From an uncultured Gammaproteobacteria bacterium (GTDB lineage Bacteria > Patescibacteriota > Patescibacteriia > UBA1558 > S5-K13): DNA of 62,118 nucleotides. The notes beneath the pieces are model-generated. The model saw only the letters and a program-made list of their open reading frames with translations. It was not told the DNA's origin and made no database searches. Shown in pieces: positions 17,647-28,343 of this stretch (position 1 is the stretch's first letter; each line of letters starts with the position of its first letter). The DNA lies in the NCBI GenBank assembly GCA_964640635.1, contig CAZXFD010000005.1, positions 1 through 62,118 of the forward strand, read 5' to 3'. A program made the position numbers and the translations under genes.

Positions 17647-20505
17647 ATGCTTAGAAAGCAAAAGTTATTAGCGTTTACAATTATAATTGTTTTTACGCTA
17701 TTTTTTATCTTAGCTCAGTCTACTCAAGCAAGTAGTGTTTTTGTTTTTAACAAGGATCTGCAAATAGGTAATGTTAATACTGATGTTAGAGAATTACAAA
17801 AGTTTTTGAATAATAATGGGTTTGTTTTAAATAAATCTGGTCTTGGCTCAAGGGGTAGAGAAACAACATTTTTTGGATTATCGACTAGAAATGCTTTAAT
17901 AAAATTTCAAAAGGCCAACAAAATTAACCCAGCTTTAGGATATTTTGGTTCTATTAGTAGAAATGTAGTTAATAAGAAAATGGAATTATTGTCTACAAGC
18001 TCTAGTTTTTTAGAAAATAAAGTTAATAATAATTTACCCGTCAATCAAATCAATAATCATCTTAATCAAAATATTAAAAGCGATTATTTTACTATCGGAG
18101 GCAATATTACTGGTATTGTTGCTACTGTAACTTTACAAAATAATGGTAAAGACGATTTAATTATTAATCTTGGTGATAATAGTAATTTTACATTCACCAT
18201 ACCATTAGCTGATAGGGCAAATTATAATATAACAGCCAAATCAAATTATATAGGTCAAAATTGCTATGTTTACAATGGTATTGGATCAGTTAATGGATCT
18301 AATGTAGAAAATATTAAAATTGCCTGTGGTTTGAATTTGCTATATAACCCATTTACTTTTAAATTGTCCGGATCTTCTATCAATACATTTACCCTTGTGT
18401 ATTCAGCAGGAGCACATGGCTCAATCACAGGATCAAGTTCTCAAATAGTAAATCGTGGATCAGACGCTTCTTCTGTCATCGCAATTCCAGACACTGGATA
18501 TCATTTTACTTCTTGGAGTGACGGTGTTTTAACAGCTATTAGAACAGATGTAAATATAACTTCTGCTTTTTCAGTTACTGCCAATTTTGCAATTAATACT
18601 TACGAAATTACATCATCTGCTGCTAGTAATGGTTCTATTACTGAAAGTCAGACAGTAAATTATGGAGCAAATCAAATCTTTGTTATTACTCCTTCTGCAG
18701 GTTATAGAGTTAGTGATGTTTTGATTGATGGTGTTTCAATTGGTTCTGTTGAAACATATATATTTAGTAATGTCACAGCTACACATAATATTTCTGCAAC
18801 TTTTATAAAAATAATTTCTGTCCCAGCTATTGCTGGGGTGACAGCACCAGTAACGGGTGCAACACCAGTATCAACTATTGATGATACTACAGAATATACA
18901 GCAACGATTACGTGGTCACCAGCGGGCGTATCCTTTACTCCAGTCACGCAATATACGGCTACGATTACCATTGCCCCAAAAGCAGGATATACATTGATGG
19001 GTGTATCTGAAAATTTTTTTACTGTAAATGGTGGCGTAGCAACCAATAATATAAATGAAGGAGTTGTTACGGTGGTTTTCCCAGAAACCCTAGCGATACC
19101 GATTACAGTAATAGGGGCAATCAGTGGAACATCCCAGGTCGGGTCAATATTAACAGCGGGAGCAATTACACCGTTAGATGCAACTGTAAATTATCAATGG
19201 AAAATATCTGAGACAGTAGATGGTATTTATGAAAATATAGTTGGTGCAACAAATAATACTTATACAATAGTCCTAGGAGATGTAGGAAAATTTATTAAAG
19301 TTGTCGCAACAGGTACTGGAAATTATTCTGGAACACAGACAAGTGAGGCTACAAGCGCTATCTCGCCCAATGTCACATCTAATTTAACTGGATTAGCTCT
19401 AAGCGGCTCCCCAGCAAATTATACTTTTGTTGGAAGTACTTATGATTATAATAATGTTTCGGTTTTTAATAGTGTAAGTAGTATTACAATAACCCCAACA
19501 GGAGTTGGATCTATAACTGTAAATGATGTATCTGTTATTTCTGGATCACCCTCTGGTGCTATAAATTTAACTGCTGGAGCAACAACAACAATTACAATTT
19601 CTGTTGCAGAATCTGAAAAATTACCAATAACTTATACGATTAATGTGTATAGAAATTCTATTCAAGCCACTCCTACATTTAGCTCTGCTTCTGGTGCACT
19701 TACATTTGGCACCACTGTAACAATTACTTCAAGTGGAGCAGACGCTATATATTACACCACCAATGGAGACGACCCAACGACATCATCTACCAATCAAGCA
19801 ACAACACCACTAGTTATTAATTCAACTGTGACGGTTAAGGCACTGGCAGTAAAATCTGGATATGATAATAGCGCTATTGGAAACGCATCTTATACTGCGC
19901 AAGTCATTTATGACTCCTATACTTATCCAATTGTACAAATAGGAAATCAGTATTGGTTTCAAAAAAATCTTGCAACCGCACACAATAATGATGGTACAAA
20001 TGTTACTAATATAACAAATGCCGCTAATTGGTCCACTGCCAATGTAAATGCATATGCTTGGTATAATAACGATTATGCTACTTATGGATCTGTTTATGGG
20101 GCTTTATATAATAATTTAGCAGCTACAAACGGTAAACTTTGTCCAGTCGGTTGGCATGTTCCAACAGATGAGGATTTAAAAATTTTAGTAGAGGGACAGG
20201 CAACAATAGGTTGTGAATCTGGTACAGATTGGCAATGTTCCCCAGCGGGAAGTGCTTTAAAAGAGTCTGGAACTACTCATTGGGGATCTCCAAATACAGG
20301 AGCAAATAATGCCTCTGGTTTTACTGCTTTAGCAGGGGGTTACCGCAATACTTCGGGTACGTTTGTTAGTCAGGGAACCTATAATTATTTATGGTCATCA
20401 TCTGTAAATAGGGCTAGCAGGCTTTTATCTAAAGATAATACAGATGTTTATCGTAATTTTGCTGGCGCTGTTAATGGTTTTTCTATACGTTGTTTGAAAG
20501 ATTAA
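17647..20505 (+). CDS. Secreted multidomain surface protein: peptidoglycan-binding domain, Ig/InlB-B-like repeats, cadherin-like and Fn3-associated domains, C-terminal Fib_succ_major-like domain
   Basis: Signal peptide; DVRELQKFLN...FGLSTRNALIKFQ; YTLVYSAGAHGSI repeats; QIGNQYWFQKNL, YGALYN, LCPVGWHVPT, GFSIRCLKD. Confidence 0.8.
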   Translation: MLRKQKLLAFTIIIVFTLFFILAQSTQASSVFVFNKDLQIGNVNTDVRELQKFLNNNGFVLNKSGLGSRGRETTFFGLSTRNALIKFQKANKINPALGYFGSISRNVVNKKMELLSTSSSFLENKVNNNLPVNQINNHLNQNIKSDYFTIGGNITGIVATVTLQNNGKDDLIINLGDNSNFTFTIPLADRANYNITAKSNYIGQNCYVYNGIGSVNGSNVENIKIACGLNLLYNPFTFKLSGSSINTFTLVYSAGAHGSITGSSSQIVNRGSDASSVIAIPDTGYHFTSWSDGVLTAIRTDVNITSAFSVTANFAINTYEITSSAASNGSITESQTVNYGANQIFVITPSAGYRVSDVLIDGVSIGSVETYIFSNVTATHNISATFIKIISVPAIAGVTAPVTGATPVSTIDDTTEYTATITWSPAGVSFTPVTQYTATITIAPKAGYTLMGVSENFFTVNGGVATNNINEGVVTVVFPETLAIPITVIGAISGTSQVGSILTAGAITPLDATVNYQWKISETVDGIYENIVGATNNTYTIVLGDVGKFIKVVATGTGNYSGTQTSEATSAISPNVTSNLTGLALSGSPANYTFVGSTYDYNNVSVFNSVSSITITPTGVGSITVNDVSVISGSPSGAINLTAGATTTITISVAESEKLPITYTINVYRNSIQATPTFSSASGALTFGTTVTITSSGADAIYYTTNGDDPTTSSTNQATTPLVINSTVTVKALAVKSGYDNSAIGNASYTAQVIYDSYTYPIVQIGNQYWFQKNLATAHNNDGTNVTNITNAANWSTANVNAYAWYNNDYATYGSVYGALYNNLAATNGKLCPVGWHVPTDEDLKILVEGQATIGCESGTDWQCSPAGSALKESGTTHWGSPNTGANNASGFTALAGGYRNTSGTFVSQGTYNYLWSSSVNRASRLLSKDNTDVYRNFAGAVNGFSIRCLKD

Positions 20506-20517
20506 TGGAAATAGTTT

Positions 20518-22041
20518 TTATTTACTATTTTTCCAGCTAATAATTTTTTGAGAAATTTTTTCTTTGAAATTTGTAATAATATTTACCCCAGATTTTTGTA
20601 GGGTATGTCTTATTTTTTCAGCTGCACTATGGGTTCTTACAAAATTGAGCCATTCTGGATTTGGGGTATTTCTTTTTTTATCAATAATAATATCTACTAT
20701 ATCTCCATTTTGAAGTTCGGAGTCAAGGCGAGTTATTTTGTTATTAATTCTTGCACCGATACATTTGTTGCCAATGTCAGTATGTATATGATATGCAAAA
20801 TCTATTGGAGTTGATTTCTCAGGGAGCTCTATTACATCATTTTTTGGCGTTAGGACAAAAATTTTTGTTTTAAACATATCGCTAAATTTGATATCTTTTA
20901 AATAATTTTTATTATCTTTGATTTTCTTTTGCCAATGTATGAGTTCATTTATCCATTTAAATTGTTGGTCGCTTAAATTGATTTTATAATTTTCTTTATA
21001 AATCCAGTGAGAGGCAATACCGAATTCTGCATATATGTCCATTTCTTCTGTTCTAATTTGAATTTCTATAGGATTGTGGTCCTCATTAAATATTGTTGTG
21101 TGTAGTGATTGATATCCATTTGGTTTAGGTCTCAAGATGTAATCTTTTACACGACCGTTTAATGGTTGCCAGTTATTATGTATTAATCCTAGAATAGAAT
21201 AACATTCTTCTTTTGTTTTTGTTATGATACGCAGTGCAATAAGGTCATAAATTTTTCCCATATCCTTATTTTTTCTAAGTAGTTTTTGGTATAGAGGATA
21301 GTAATGTTTTTTTCGCCCATATATTTTTATGAAAGGAATTTTGTTTTTTTTGAGAAGCTTTATAATATTCTTTTTTGTTTTAGCTAAGGATCTAGCCCTT
21401 TCTTCTACATGAGAATGAAGTTCTTTGAGTGTCCAAGTGTATTCTTCTGGGTAAACATATTTAAATGACAGGTCTTCAAGTCTTTCTTTCGCTTTATAAA
21501 TTCCAAGTCTTCCTGCAATGGGCGCATATATTTCTAGAGATTCAAGTGCTATTCTTTTTCTTTTTTCTTCACTTTTGTGATATTGAAGTGTTTTTAAATT
21601 ATCAATACGATCAGCGAATCTTACCAAAACTACCCTTATGTCTTCTGAAATAGCAATAAACATTTTTCTTAAATTTTCTGCATATCTTTCTTCTCCCCTG
21701 TAATGTATTTTTCCTATTTTTGTATCACCCTCGACTATTTTTGCAACATCTTCTCCGAATTCATTTTTCAAATCTTCTATAGTGAATTCCGTTTCTTCTG
21801 TTACGTCATGAAGAAGACCTGCGCATATCGTATCTACGTCTAAGTTCATAACACTAAGATAATAAGCTGTTCTAGCGCAATGATTTATATAGTCTTCTCC
21901 ACTTAATCTTTTTTGATTTTGATGAGCCAAAAGAGCAAATTCCCATGATTTTTTGATTTTTAAAATATCTCTTTTGAGATTGGGATCTTTTTTGTTGTTG
22001 TGAGAATATATTTCTATGATATTTCCTATTGTCTTTGTCAT
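20518..22041 (-). CDS. rel: RelA/SpoT (Rel) (p)ppGpp synthetase/hydrolase, HD+SYNTH+TGS only
   Basis: LLHDVTE HD motif, DLIALRI, KDYI..PKPNGYQSLHT, EIQIRT, TPIDFAY..HT TGS. Confidence 0.93.
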   Translation of the reverse strand: MTKTIGNIIEIYSHNNKKDPNLKRDILKIKKSWEFALLAHQNQKRLSGEDYINHCARTAYYLSVMNLDVDTICAGLLHDVTEETEFTIEDLKNEFGEDVAKIVEGDTKIGKIHYRGEERYAENLRKMFIAISEDIRVVLVRFADRIDNLKTLQYHKSEEKRKRIALESLEIYAPIAGRLGIYKAKERLEDLSFKYVYPEEYTWTLKELHSHVEERARSLAKTKKNIIKLLKKNKIPFIKIYGRKKHYYPLYQKLLRKNKDMGKIYDLIALRIITKTKEECYSILGLIHNNWQPLNGRVKDYILRPKPNGYQSLHTTIFNEDHNPIEIQIRTEEMDIYAEFGIASHWIYKENYKINLSDQQFKWINELIHWQKKIKDNKNYLKDIKFSDMFKTKIFVLTPKNDVIELPEKSTPIDFAYHIHTDIGNKCIGARINNKITRLDSELQNGDIVDIIIDKKRNTPNPEWLNFVRTHSAAEKIRHTLQKSGVNIITNFKEKISQKIISWKNSK

Positions 22042-22127
22042 ACTATTATTATATATGGTTTTCTAATAATAAAACAACCCATATGGATAAGTGGCGCCCT
22101 TTAGAAAAGAAATTTTTATATTTGAAG

Positions 22128-24167
22128 TTATTTACAATCTTTATTTGAACATTTTTCTCCATTTTTGAACTCTACCATAGGAGACTTACATTTTTCGCAT
22201 AATGTACCCGTAGGCTTGTACCAAGTTGCAAAATCACATTTTGGATAATTATTACAACCATAAAATGTTTTACCTCTCGACGTTCTTTTTGTGACCACAT
22301 TTCCATTTTCACATTTTGGACATTTTATACCAAGCTCTTTTGTCATGTTTTTTGTATTTTTACATTCTGGAAAATTTGAGCATGCTTTGAATTTACCGAA
22401 TCTTCCTAGTTTTATTATCATAGGAGATCCACATTTTTCACAAACCTCGTCTGTCGTGTTGTCTTCAAGTTCTATTTTTGAAACGGTTTCATATTTTTCT
22501 TTTAAGTTTGCTTTAAATGGAGTATAAAAATCGCGAAGAAATGGCACCCACTCTTTTTCACCTCTTGCAATATCATCCAGCCCCTCTTCCATAGTGGCTG
22601 TAAATTGATAATCAACGACATCTTTAAAAGATTCTACCATTACTTTGTTGATAAGCTCACCAGTTTCAGTAGGCATAAGCCTTTTTTGTTCTTTTATGAC
22701 ATATCTTCTTGCAATGATATTTGAAATTGTAGGTGCGTATGTAGAAGGTCTTCCTATTCCTAATTTTTCCATTATTTTGATAAGTGAAGCTTCGTTGTAT
22801 CTTGCTGGAGGTTCTGTAAAGTGTTGATCACCACTTACATTTTTTAGGTTTAGCGCCTCATTTTTCTTTAGTTCAGGAAGTTCGCCTTCTTCTATTTTCA
22901 TAGGATATACTTTTAGAAATCCATAAAAAGTAATTATGTTTCCAGAGGACATAAAAGAATAATTTTTTTCTTTATCGGATATTATAATTTTTGTTTTCTG
23001 CATTTTGGAAGGAGACATTTGACTAGCTACGGCTCTTTCCCAAATTAGTTTATATACTTTGTATTGTTTTGGGTCTAAATATTCTTTTATTAGTTCAGGA
23101 GTTTTTGTAACGTCCGTTGGTCTAATGGCTTCATGAGCTTCTTGTGCATTCTTGCTTTTTGTTTTGAATTGTCTTGTTTCAAGATATTCCTTTCCATATT
23201 CACTAGTTATAAATGAAGAGGCTTTTTCTATAAAGTTTGTTGATAGATTTAGAGAGTCTGTTCTCATGTATGTTATAAGACCAAGGCTTTCTTTTCCAAG
23301 TTTAATGCCTTCATATAGTTGTTGTGCTAGCATCATTGTTTGTTTTGAACTATATCCAAGCCTTATGTTTGAAGCTTGTTGAAGAGTTGATGTGGTAAAT
23401 GGAGGAAGAGGATTTTTGCTTGCCTCTTTTTTTTCTATGCTTTCAATAGAGTATTTTTTTTCTTTTATGTCTGTAATGATATTTTCTACATCATCATTTT
23501 TTGTAAAATAAAATTTATCAAGTGTTTTTTCGCTAATTTTTATAAGTTCTGACTCAAAGCTTAGGTTGGAATCTATTTTTTGAAATATAGATTTTATGGA
23601 CCAATATTCTTGCTTATTAAAATCTTTTATTTCTTGTTCTCTCTCGCAAATGAGTCTTAGTGCTGCAGATTGAACTCTTCCTGCAGAAAGTCCTTTTGCA
23701 ATTTTTTTCCATAAGAATGGAGATATTTCATAACCCACAAGACGATCTAGTATTCTCCTAGCTTGTTGTGCATTTATAAGATTCATATCAAGCTCTCTAG
23801 GATTTTTTAATGCTTCTAAAATGGCATCTTTTGTAATTTCATGAAAACAGATTCTTTTGTAATCTTTTGGTTTAAGAATAAAATTTAAGTGCCAAGAAAT
23901 AGCCTCTCCTTCTCTATCCTCATCAGTAGCAAAGTATATTGTACTAGCAGTTTTTGCTAATTTTTTGAGAACGCTAAGGTTTTTCTTTGCACGCGTAGGA
24001 ATTGTGTAGCTTGGTTCAAAATCATTTAGAACATCGACACCCATTTTACTAGCTGGTAAATCTCGGACATGACCAAATGATGATTCGACATCATATGAAG
24101 AGCCCAAGAATTTTTTTATTGTTTTTGCTTTTGTTGGAGATTCAACGATAACTAAATTTTTATTCAT
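22128..24167 (-). CDS. topA: DNA topoisomerase I
   Basis: IVESPTKA, ATDEDREGE, ITYMRTDS catalytic Tyr, C-terminal zinc ribbons. Confidence 0.97.
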   Translation of the reverse strand: MNKNLVIVESPTKAKTIKKFLGSSYDVESSFGHVRDLPASKMGVDVLNDFEPSYTIPTRAKKNLSVLKKLAKTASTIYFATDEDREGEAISWHLNFILKPKDYKRICFHEITKDAILEALKNPRELDMNLINAQQARRILDRLVGYEISPFLWKKIAKGLSAGRVQSAALRLICEREQEIKDFNKQEYWSIKSIFQKIDSNLSFESELIKISEKTLDKFYFTKNDDVENIITDIKEKKYSIESIEKKEASKNPLPPFTTSTLQQASNIRLGYSSKQTMMLAQQLYEGIKLGKESLGLITYMRTDSLNLSTNFIEKASSFITSEYGKEYLETRQFKTKSKNAQEAHEAIRPTDVTKTPELIKEYLDPKQYKVYKLIWERAVASQMSPSKMQKTKIIISDKEKNYSFMSSGNIITFYGFLKVYPMKIEEGELPELKKNEALNLKNVSGDQHFTEPPARYNEASLIKIMEKLGIGRPSTYAPTISNIIARRYVIKEQKRLMPTETGELINKVMVESFKDVVDYQFTATMEEGLDDIARGEKEWVPFLRDFYTPFKANLKEKYETVSKIELEDNTTDEVCEKCGSPMIIKLGRFGKFKACSNFPECKNTKNMTKELGIKCPKCENGNVVTKRTSRGKTFYGCNNYPKCDFATWYKPTGTLCEKCKSPMVEFKNGEKCSNKDCK

Positions 24168-24172
24168 TTTAT

Positions 24173-25450
24173 TTAGAAGCTTATTCTGTTTTTTAAAATA
24201 TATTGTTCATCAATCCATCTTTCTCTCAAATTTCCAGTGAGATACATGGATCCTGTAATTACAAGACAATCGGCACTTCCAGTTACAGATAGTGCATAGT
24301 CTAGTGCTTGCCATTGATCTAGGAAATAGTCTGTTTTTAATTTTGGTTTTATCTTTTTTACGGCGCTTCTATAATTTATAAGGGGGGTTGTTTTTCTTCC
24401 ACCTACAAGATTTAAACTTCTCGTAAATACAACATGGTCTGCTATGGGGAGTATTTCATTTAAAGATTCTTGTAAATCTTTGTCATAAACCATGCCAAAT
24501 AAGATAACAAGTTTTTTGTATTTTATATTTTTTAGATCTTCAACAAGTTTTCTAAGTTTGATTCTATTATGAGCACCATCAATGATAACGCGAGGAGCAA
24601 CTTGAATTGTTTCAAATCTGCAAGGAAGTCGTAAACTTGAAAGCGCTTTGTCTGCAGTTTTTTTGCTTATGTGCATTAACTCGGCAATTTTTTTTGGAAT
24701 TATTGTATTTTTTTCTGCATTCGCGTGTATTTTTATTGGAATAAATTTTGCATTTAATTGCTTACAACGATTACTAAACATTTTTAGAATTTGTGGACGA
24801 GCCTCAGTTGTAATGAGTGTGCAATTTTGTTTTATTATTCCCATTTTTTCAGTAGCTATTTCTTTCAATGTATTTCCCAATAAGTCTTGATGATCATAAT
24901 CTATATTTGTAATAACTGCATATTTTGTTCCAGTTATAATATTTGTAGGATCACATAGTCCACCTACGTGCACTTCTAGAACAACCCACTCACACTGCAT
25001 TTGTTGAAAATATATAAATGAAATTGCCAAAAATACTTCAAAATAAGAAGGTGTTCCATAAGGACTATGTAGTGAGCACTCTGTCAGTGGATTTTTTAGA
25101 CTATCTACGATATTTGCAAAAGAGTTTGGAGATATATATTTATTTCCTACCTTCATTCTTTCAATAGGTGTTGTTGTGTGTGGTGAAGTATAGGAGCCAA
25201 CTTTGTATCCAGCTTTTTTTAGCAAATTATGGATAGCTATTGTATTTGATCCCTTTCCAGCCGTGCCTGTAACATGAATATATTTAAAATTTTTGTGAGG
25301 ATTTCCAATCAGTTTCAATAGGTATTCTAATCTTTTGATGTAGAATGTTCTATCTGGAGTGCCACCCTTTTCAGAGTAATTTGTTGCAGGAATGTTGTTT
25401 AAAGACTTTAAAAACTCAACCGCCTTTTGATATTTTATATTTGTAATCAT
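24173..25450 (-). CDS. folC: FolC-like Mur ligase (folylpolyglutamate synthase family)
   Basis: IHVTGTAGKGS, YTSPH, LEVHVGG..DPTN, ITNIDYDH..LG, PCRFE, DGAHN; start placed at ATG 25450. Confidence 0.82.
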   Translation of the reverse strand: MITNIKYQKAVEFLKSLNNIPATNYSEKGGTPDRTFYIKRLEYLLKLIGNPHKNFKYIHVTGTAGKGSNTIAIHNLLKKAGYKVGSYTSPHTTTPIERMKVGNKYISPNSFANIVDSLKNPLTECSLHSPYGTPSYFEVFLAISFIYFQQMQCEWVVLEVHVGGLCDPTNIITGTKYAVITNIDYDHQDLLGNTLKEIATEKMGIIKQNCTLITTEARPQILKMFSNRCKQLNAKFIPIKIHANAEKNTIIPKKIAELMHISKKTADKALSSLRLPCRFETIQVAPRVIIDGAHNRIKLRKLVEDLKNIKYKKLVILFGMVYDKDLQESLNEILPIADHVVFTRSLNLVGGRKTTPLINYRSAVKKIKPKLKTDYFLDQWQALDYALSVTGSADCLVITGSMYLTGNLRERWIDEQYILKNRISF

Positions 25451-25499
25451 TTTGAGGTGATTATTGTTTAAATTATAATTTTTTCCAATAAAAAATAGC

Positions 25500-26591
25500 T
25501 TAGTTTGATACTTTATAATTTTGATTTCCAATGTTCTCTATCAAATTGGATAATTCCATTTTCGTCAAACTAGCTATTACGATATTAACATTAAGTCTAC
25601 TACTTATTACTATTTTGTCAATGCTCATGGGGCCATTCTCTAAAAGTTCATAAATCATTTTTTCTGTATCTGATTCAAAAATAGGTTTCTTTTTTGCTGA
25701 TTTTACTTGATTTGATGTGATTTTATAGATTTCTAGCACATCTTCTATGGATGTAATTAGCTTTGCCCCCTGTTTTATGAGATTATTGGTGCCTATTGAG
25801 TTTTTGTTGAAAATTGATCCCGGGATTGTTAAAACCTCACGATTCTCGTCTATTGCAAAGTTTGCTGTTATTAGGGCGCCAGATTTTTCATCAGCTTCTA
25901 TTACAAGAGTTGCACAGGATAATCCAGCAATTATTCTATTTCTTTTGGGAAAATTTTCTTTTGCGAGTTTTGAGTCAATAGGGAATTCAGAAATAATAAG
26001 TCCATTTTCTTCAATTTGTTTGCTGAGCTCTGTATTTGAAGTTGGATATATTTGATTTATTGCAGAGCCAAGGACTGCTATTGTTGACCCCACTCCCTTT
26101 AAGGCTTCAATGTGAGCTAGAGAGTCTATTCCCATGGCAAGGCCAGAGACTATTGTAATGTTTTGATTTGAGATTTGGCTCACCATGTTTTTTACAACAT
26201 CTTTTCCATAATGACTATATTTTCTGGTCCCAACAATACTAAGTAGATTTTTGTTTTTTAGTAGTTCAATATTTCCCCTTGTAAAAAGTATTATTGGAGG
26301 AGAATAAGTTTCTTTTAATAATTTTGGATAATCATTATCAAAGCAACTGATTACATTAATATTTTGTTTTTCATATTTTTCTATTTCACGATCTATGTCT
26401 ATAAGATTTCTATTTTTGATAAAAGTTTTTGCCAATTTTTCTCCTAATGTATTTTCTATATCAGGATAGTTGAGATTCCAAATTTTTTCAAAGTCGTTAA
26501 ATATTTCATATAGTTTATTTATTCTTCTATATCCAAAATAGGGGATTAGAGACAGTCCGAGGATATATTTTGTGTTGGTATCAATTTTCAT
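25500..26591 (-). CDS. dprA: DNA processing protein DprA
   Basis: SIVGTR, SGLAMGID, FPKRNRIIAGL, SGALITA, C-terminal winged helix. Confidence 0.96.
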   Translation of the reverse strand: MKIDTNTKYILGLSLIPYFGYRRINKLYEIFNDFEKIWNLNYPDIENTLGEKLAKTFIKNRNLIDIDREIEKYEKQNINVISCFDNDYPKLLKETYSPPIILFTRGNIELLKNKNLLSIVGTRKYSHYGKDVVKNMVSQISNQNITIVSGLAMGIDSLAHIEALKGVGSTIAVLGSAINQIYPTSNTELSKQIEENGLIISEFPIDSKLAKENFPKRNRIIAGLSCATLVIEADEKSGALITANFAIDENREVLTIPGSIFNKNSIGTNNLIKQGAKLITSIEDVLEIYKITSNQVKSAKKKPIFESDTEKMIYELLENGPMSIDKIVISSRLNVNIVIASLTKMELSNLIENIGNQNYKVSN

Positions 26592-26639
26592 AGTTTTTAT
26601 TATTAGTTTAATTTATTTTTTATAATTCCTATCATTTTT

Positions 26640-27176
26640 TCAGTTACTGGGATTATTTTGTATATATTTTCTACATTTCCACAAATCATTTTCTGTCCTG
26701 ATAATATGTTCGTAATAGGATGTCTGCCAACGAAAACATATTGCGTGATTTACCAGATTTATTTTTTTAGATGAAAATGTTTTAAATCCGCGAATCATTT
26801 CAAATAATGGATATGGTTTGTATTCCGTAGAGGCGGGTTTGTAACCCGCCTCAGAGATGGGTTGCAAACCCATTTCTACGTGTTTATTGAAATTTACATA
26901 TTTTATTTTAATAATTCCGTGGAAATGATTCGGCATTATAACAAATGAATCCAAAATACAATTTTTATAATGATTTGGTAAATCACGCCAACAATGTTTT
27001 ACAATATATTCCAATCTATTTGACACCATTTTTTCATTTATAATTTCACCAAACATCTTTATTTTATTCTTGATACAGATTGTAACAAAATAAAAACCAG
27101 GATTAGAATAATCCCAGCAATTGAGTCTCGTTGATTTAATTCTATATTTATTTTTAAATAAGGCCTTGTTTTCCAT
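26640..27176 (-). mobile_element. HUH Y1 transposase, REP-associated (RAYT)-like
   Basis: RL..WDYS.PG.YFVTIC, MPNHFHGII (HUH), WQ.SYYEHIIR, YIQNNP catalytic Tyr. Confidence 0.85.
26826..26880. repeat. Inverted doublet of GTAG REP hairpins inside the transposase CDS
   Basis: GTAG-AGGCGGG-TTTGTAA-CCCGCCT (+) and GTAG-AAATGGG-TTTGCAA-CCCATCT (-). Confidence 0.85.
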
Positions 27177-27236
27177 ACAATCGCTTTTCAGGTGATTATG
27201 TATATATCTTATTACTATAATTTTTAAATATCAAGA

Positions 27237-27265
27237 TTGACAAATGATTTTTTATATATTATTGT
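27237..27265 (+). promoter_or_regulatory. Sigma70-type promoter of orphan gene
   Basis: TTGACA-N17-TATTGT. Confidence 0.55.
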
Positions 27266-27299
27266 ATTGTTAATAAAAAAATATATTTCGGGAGGAATA

Positions 27300-28229
27300 A
27301 TGAAAGACAAAATTTATTCAATACCAGTTAAGGATAGGATGGGGTGGTACGAAAAAAAACGAGGATTTATGCATATTTTTCATATTGTAGTCTTTGTTAT
27401 TCTAATTATAACGTTGATGTTTGTCGCGTTTGAAGTAGATCAAAAAGCAAGATTTTTATCAGCCAAGGTAATAATAATTTGTTTTATTATAAATTCGATA
27501 ATTTATTTTATTCATTGGTTAAATAATCCATATACCATCATGTTATTGAATTATAATAAAGAAAGGCCATCAGTAACTATGATGCCAATTCATCCTAAAT
27601 CAATAAAAGAATGTATTAAGATACACTCGAATGATGAGGGTGTTTTTTATGATATCTTGAAACAGTTTTATTCGTTTTATTGTTGTTATCCAGTTGAAGG
27701 TGATATGTGTTTAGGGGATTATATTTTGGAAAATTATTCAGAGTATAAGGATGACCCAGAGGTAATGGTTTTCGCAAGTGATAAATGGCTTTTGAATTAT
27801 TTTAAAAGAAATGATTTTAGTGAAGCTAGTTTAAAGTTGATATTTACAATAGCTTTCTTTGACGACAATCTGAGAAATCATCACCCAGGAATTATGCGTA
27901 GCCTAGATAAAACCTATATGGAAAACAATGTTTTGGGTGGAATTGGAATGATGTTGGACGAAGATTATAAGAAGGCGCGTAGAAAAAAGTATAATGGACT
28001 TTGTGTCTGTCAGATGTCTCATAGTGCCACGTTAATGTTGAGAATGATTAATGGTTATTATTTAGATATAGATATTAAAGACAAAAAGACCTATGTCGTA
28101 GATTGGCTGTTTGATAATATAGAAAGGCCATATGAAGATTTGATAGATCATACACTTACTTTGGAGGGTGTCCGTGATAATGGAATACTAAAAAAACATA
28201 TTCTAGAGAAATATTCAGAAAAAAATTGA
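27300..28229 (+). CDS. Orphan protein with 2 N-terminal TM helices
   Basis: GGGAGG at 27290-27295 before ATG 27300; no recognisable family; terminator AACCGCA/TGCGGTT plus T-run at about 28237-28267. Confidence 0.75.
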   Translation: MKDKIYSIPVKDRMGWYEKKRGFMHIFHIVVFVILIITLMFVAFEVDQKARFLSAKVIIICFIINSIIYFIHWLNNPYTIMLLNYNKERPSVTMMPIHPKSIKECIKIHSNDEGVFYDILKQFYSFYCCYPVEGDMCLGDYILENYSEYKDDPEVMVFASDKWLLNYFKRNDFSEASLKLIFTIAFFDDNLRNHHPGIMRSLDKTYMENNVLGGIGMMLDEDYKKARRKKYNGLCVCQMSHSATLMLRMINGYYLDIDIKDKKTYVVDWLFDNIERPYEDLIDHTLTLEGVRDNGILKKHILEKYSEKN

Positions 28230-28279
28230 AACAATAACCGCATCATTTAAATATGTGCGGTTTTTTTGTTTAATCAATA

Positions 28280-28308
28280 TTGACAAAGTTTTTCATTCGT
28301 GTTAGACT
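28280..28308 (+). promoter_or_regulatory. Sigma70-type promoter of rlpA-like gene
   Basis: TTGACA-N17-TAGACT with extended TG. Confidence 0.65.
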
Positions 28309-28343
28309 TGTTTTCCAAAATACAAAAAAATACAGGAGTAACA

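Noticed and set aside
20320-20505. Diversity-generating retroelement
   Set aside because: No reverse transcriptase and no adenine-variant template repeat visible in the window.
22083-22091. Replication origin (DnaA box)
   Set aside because: Single imperfect box, no cluster, no dnaA nearby.
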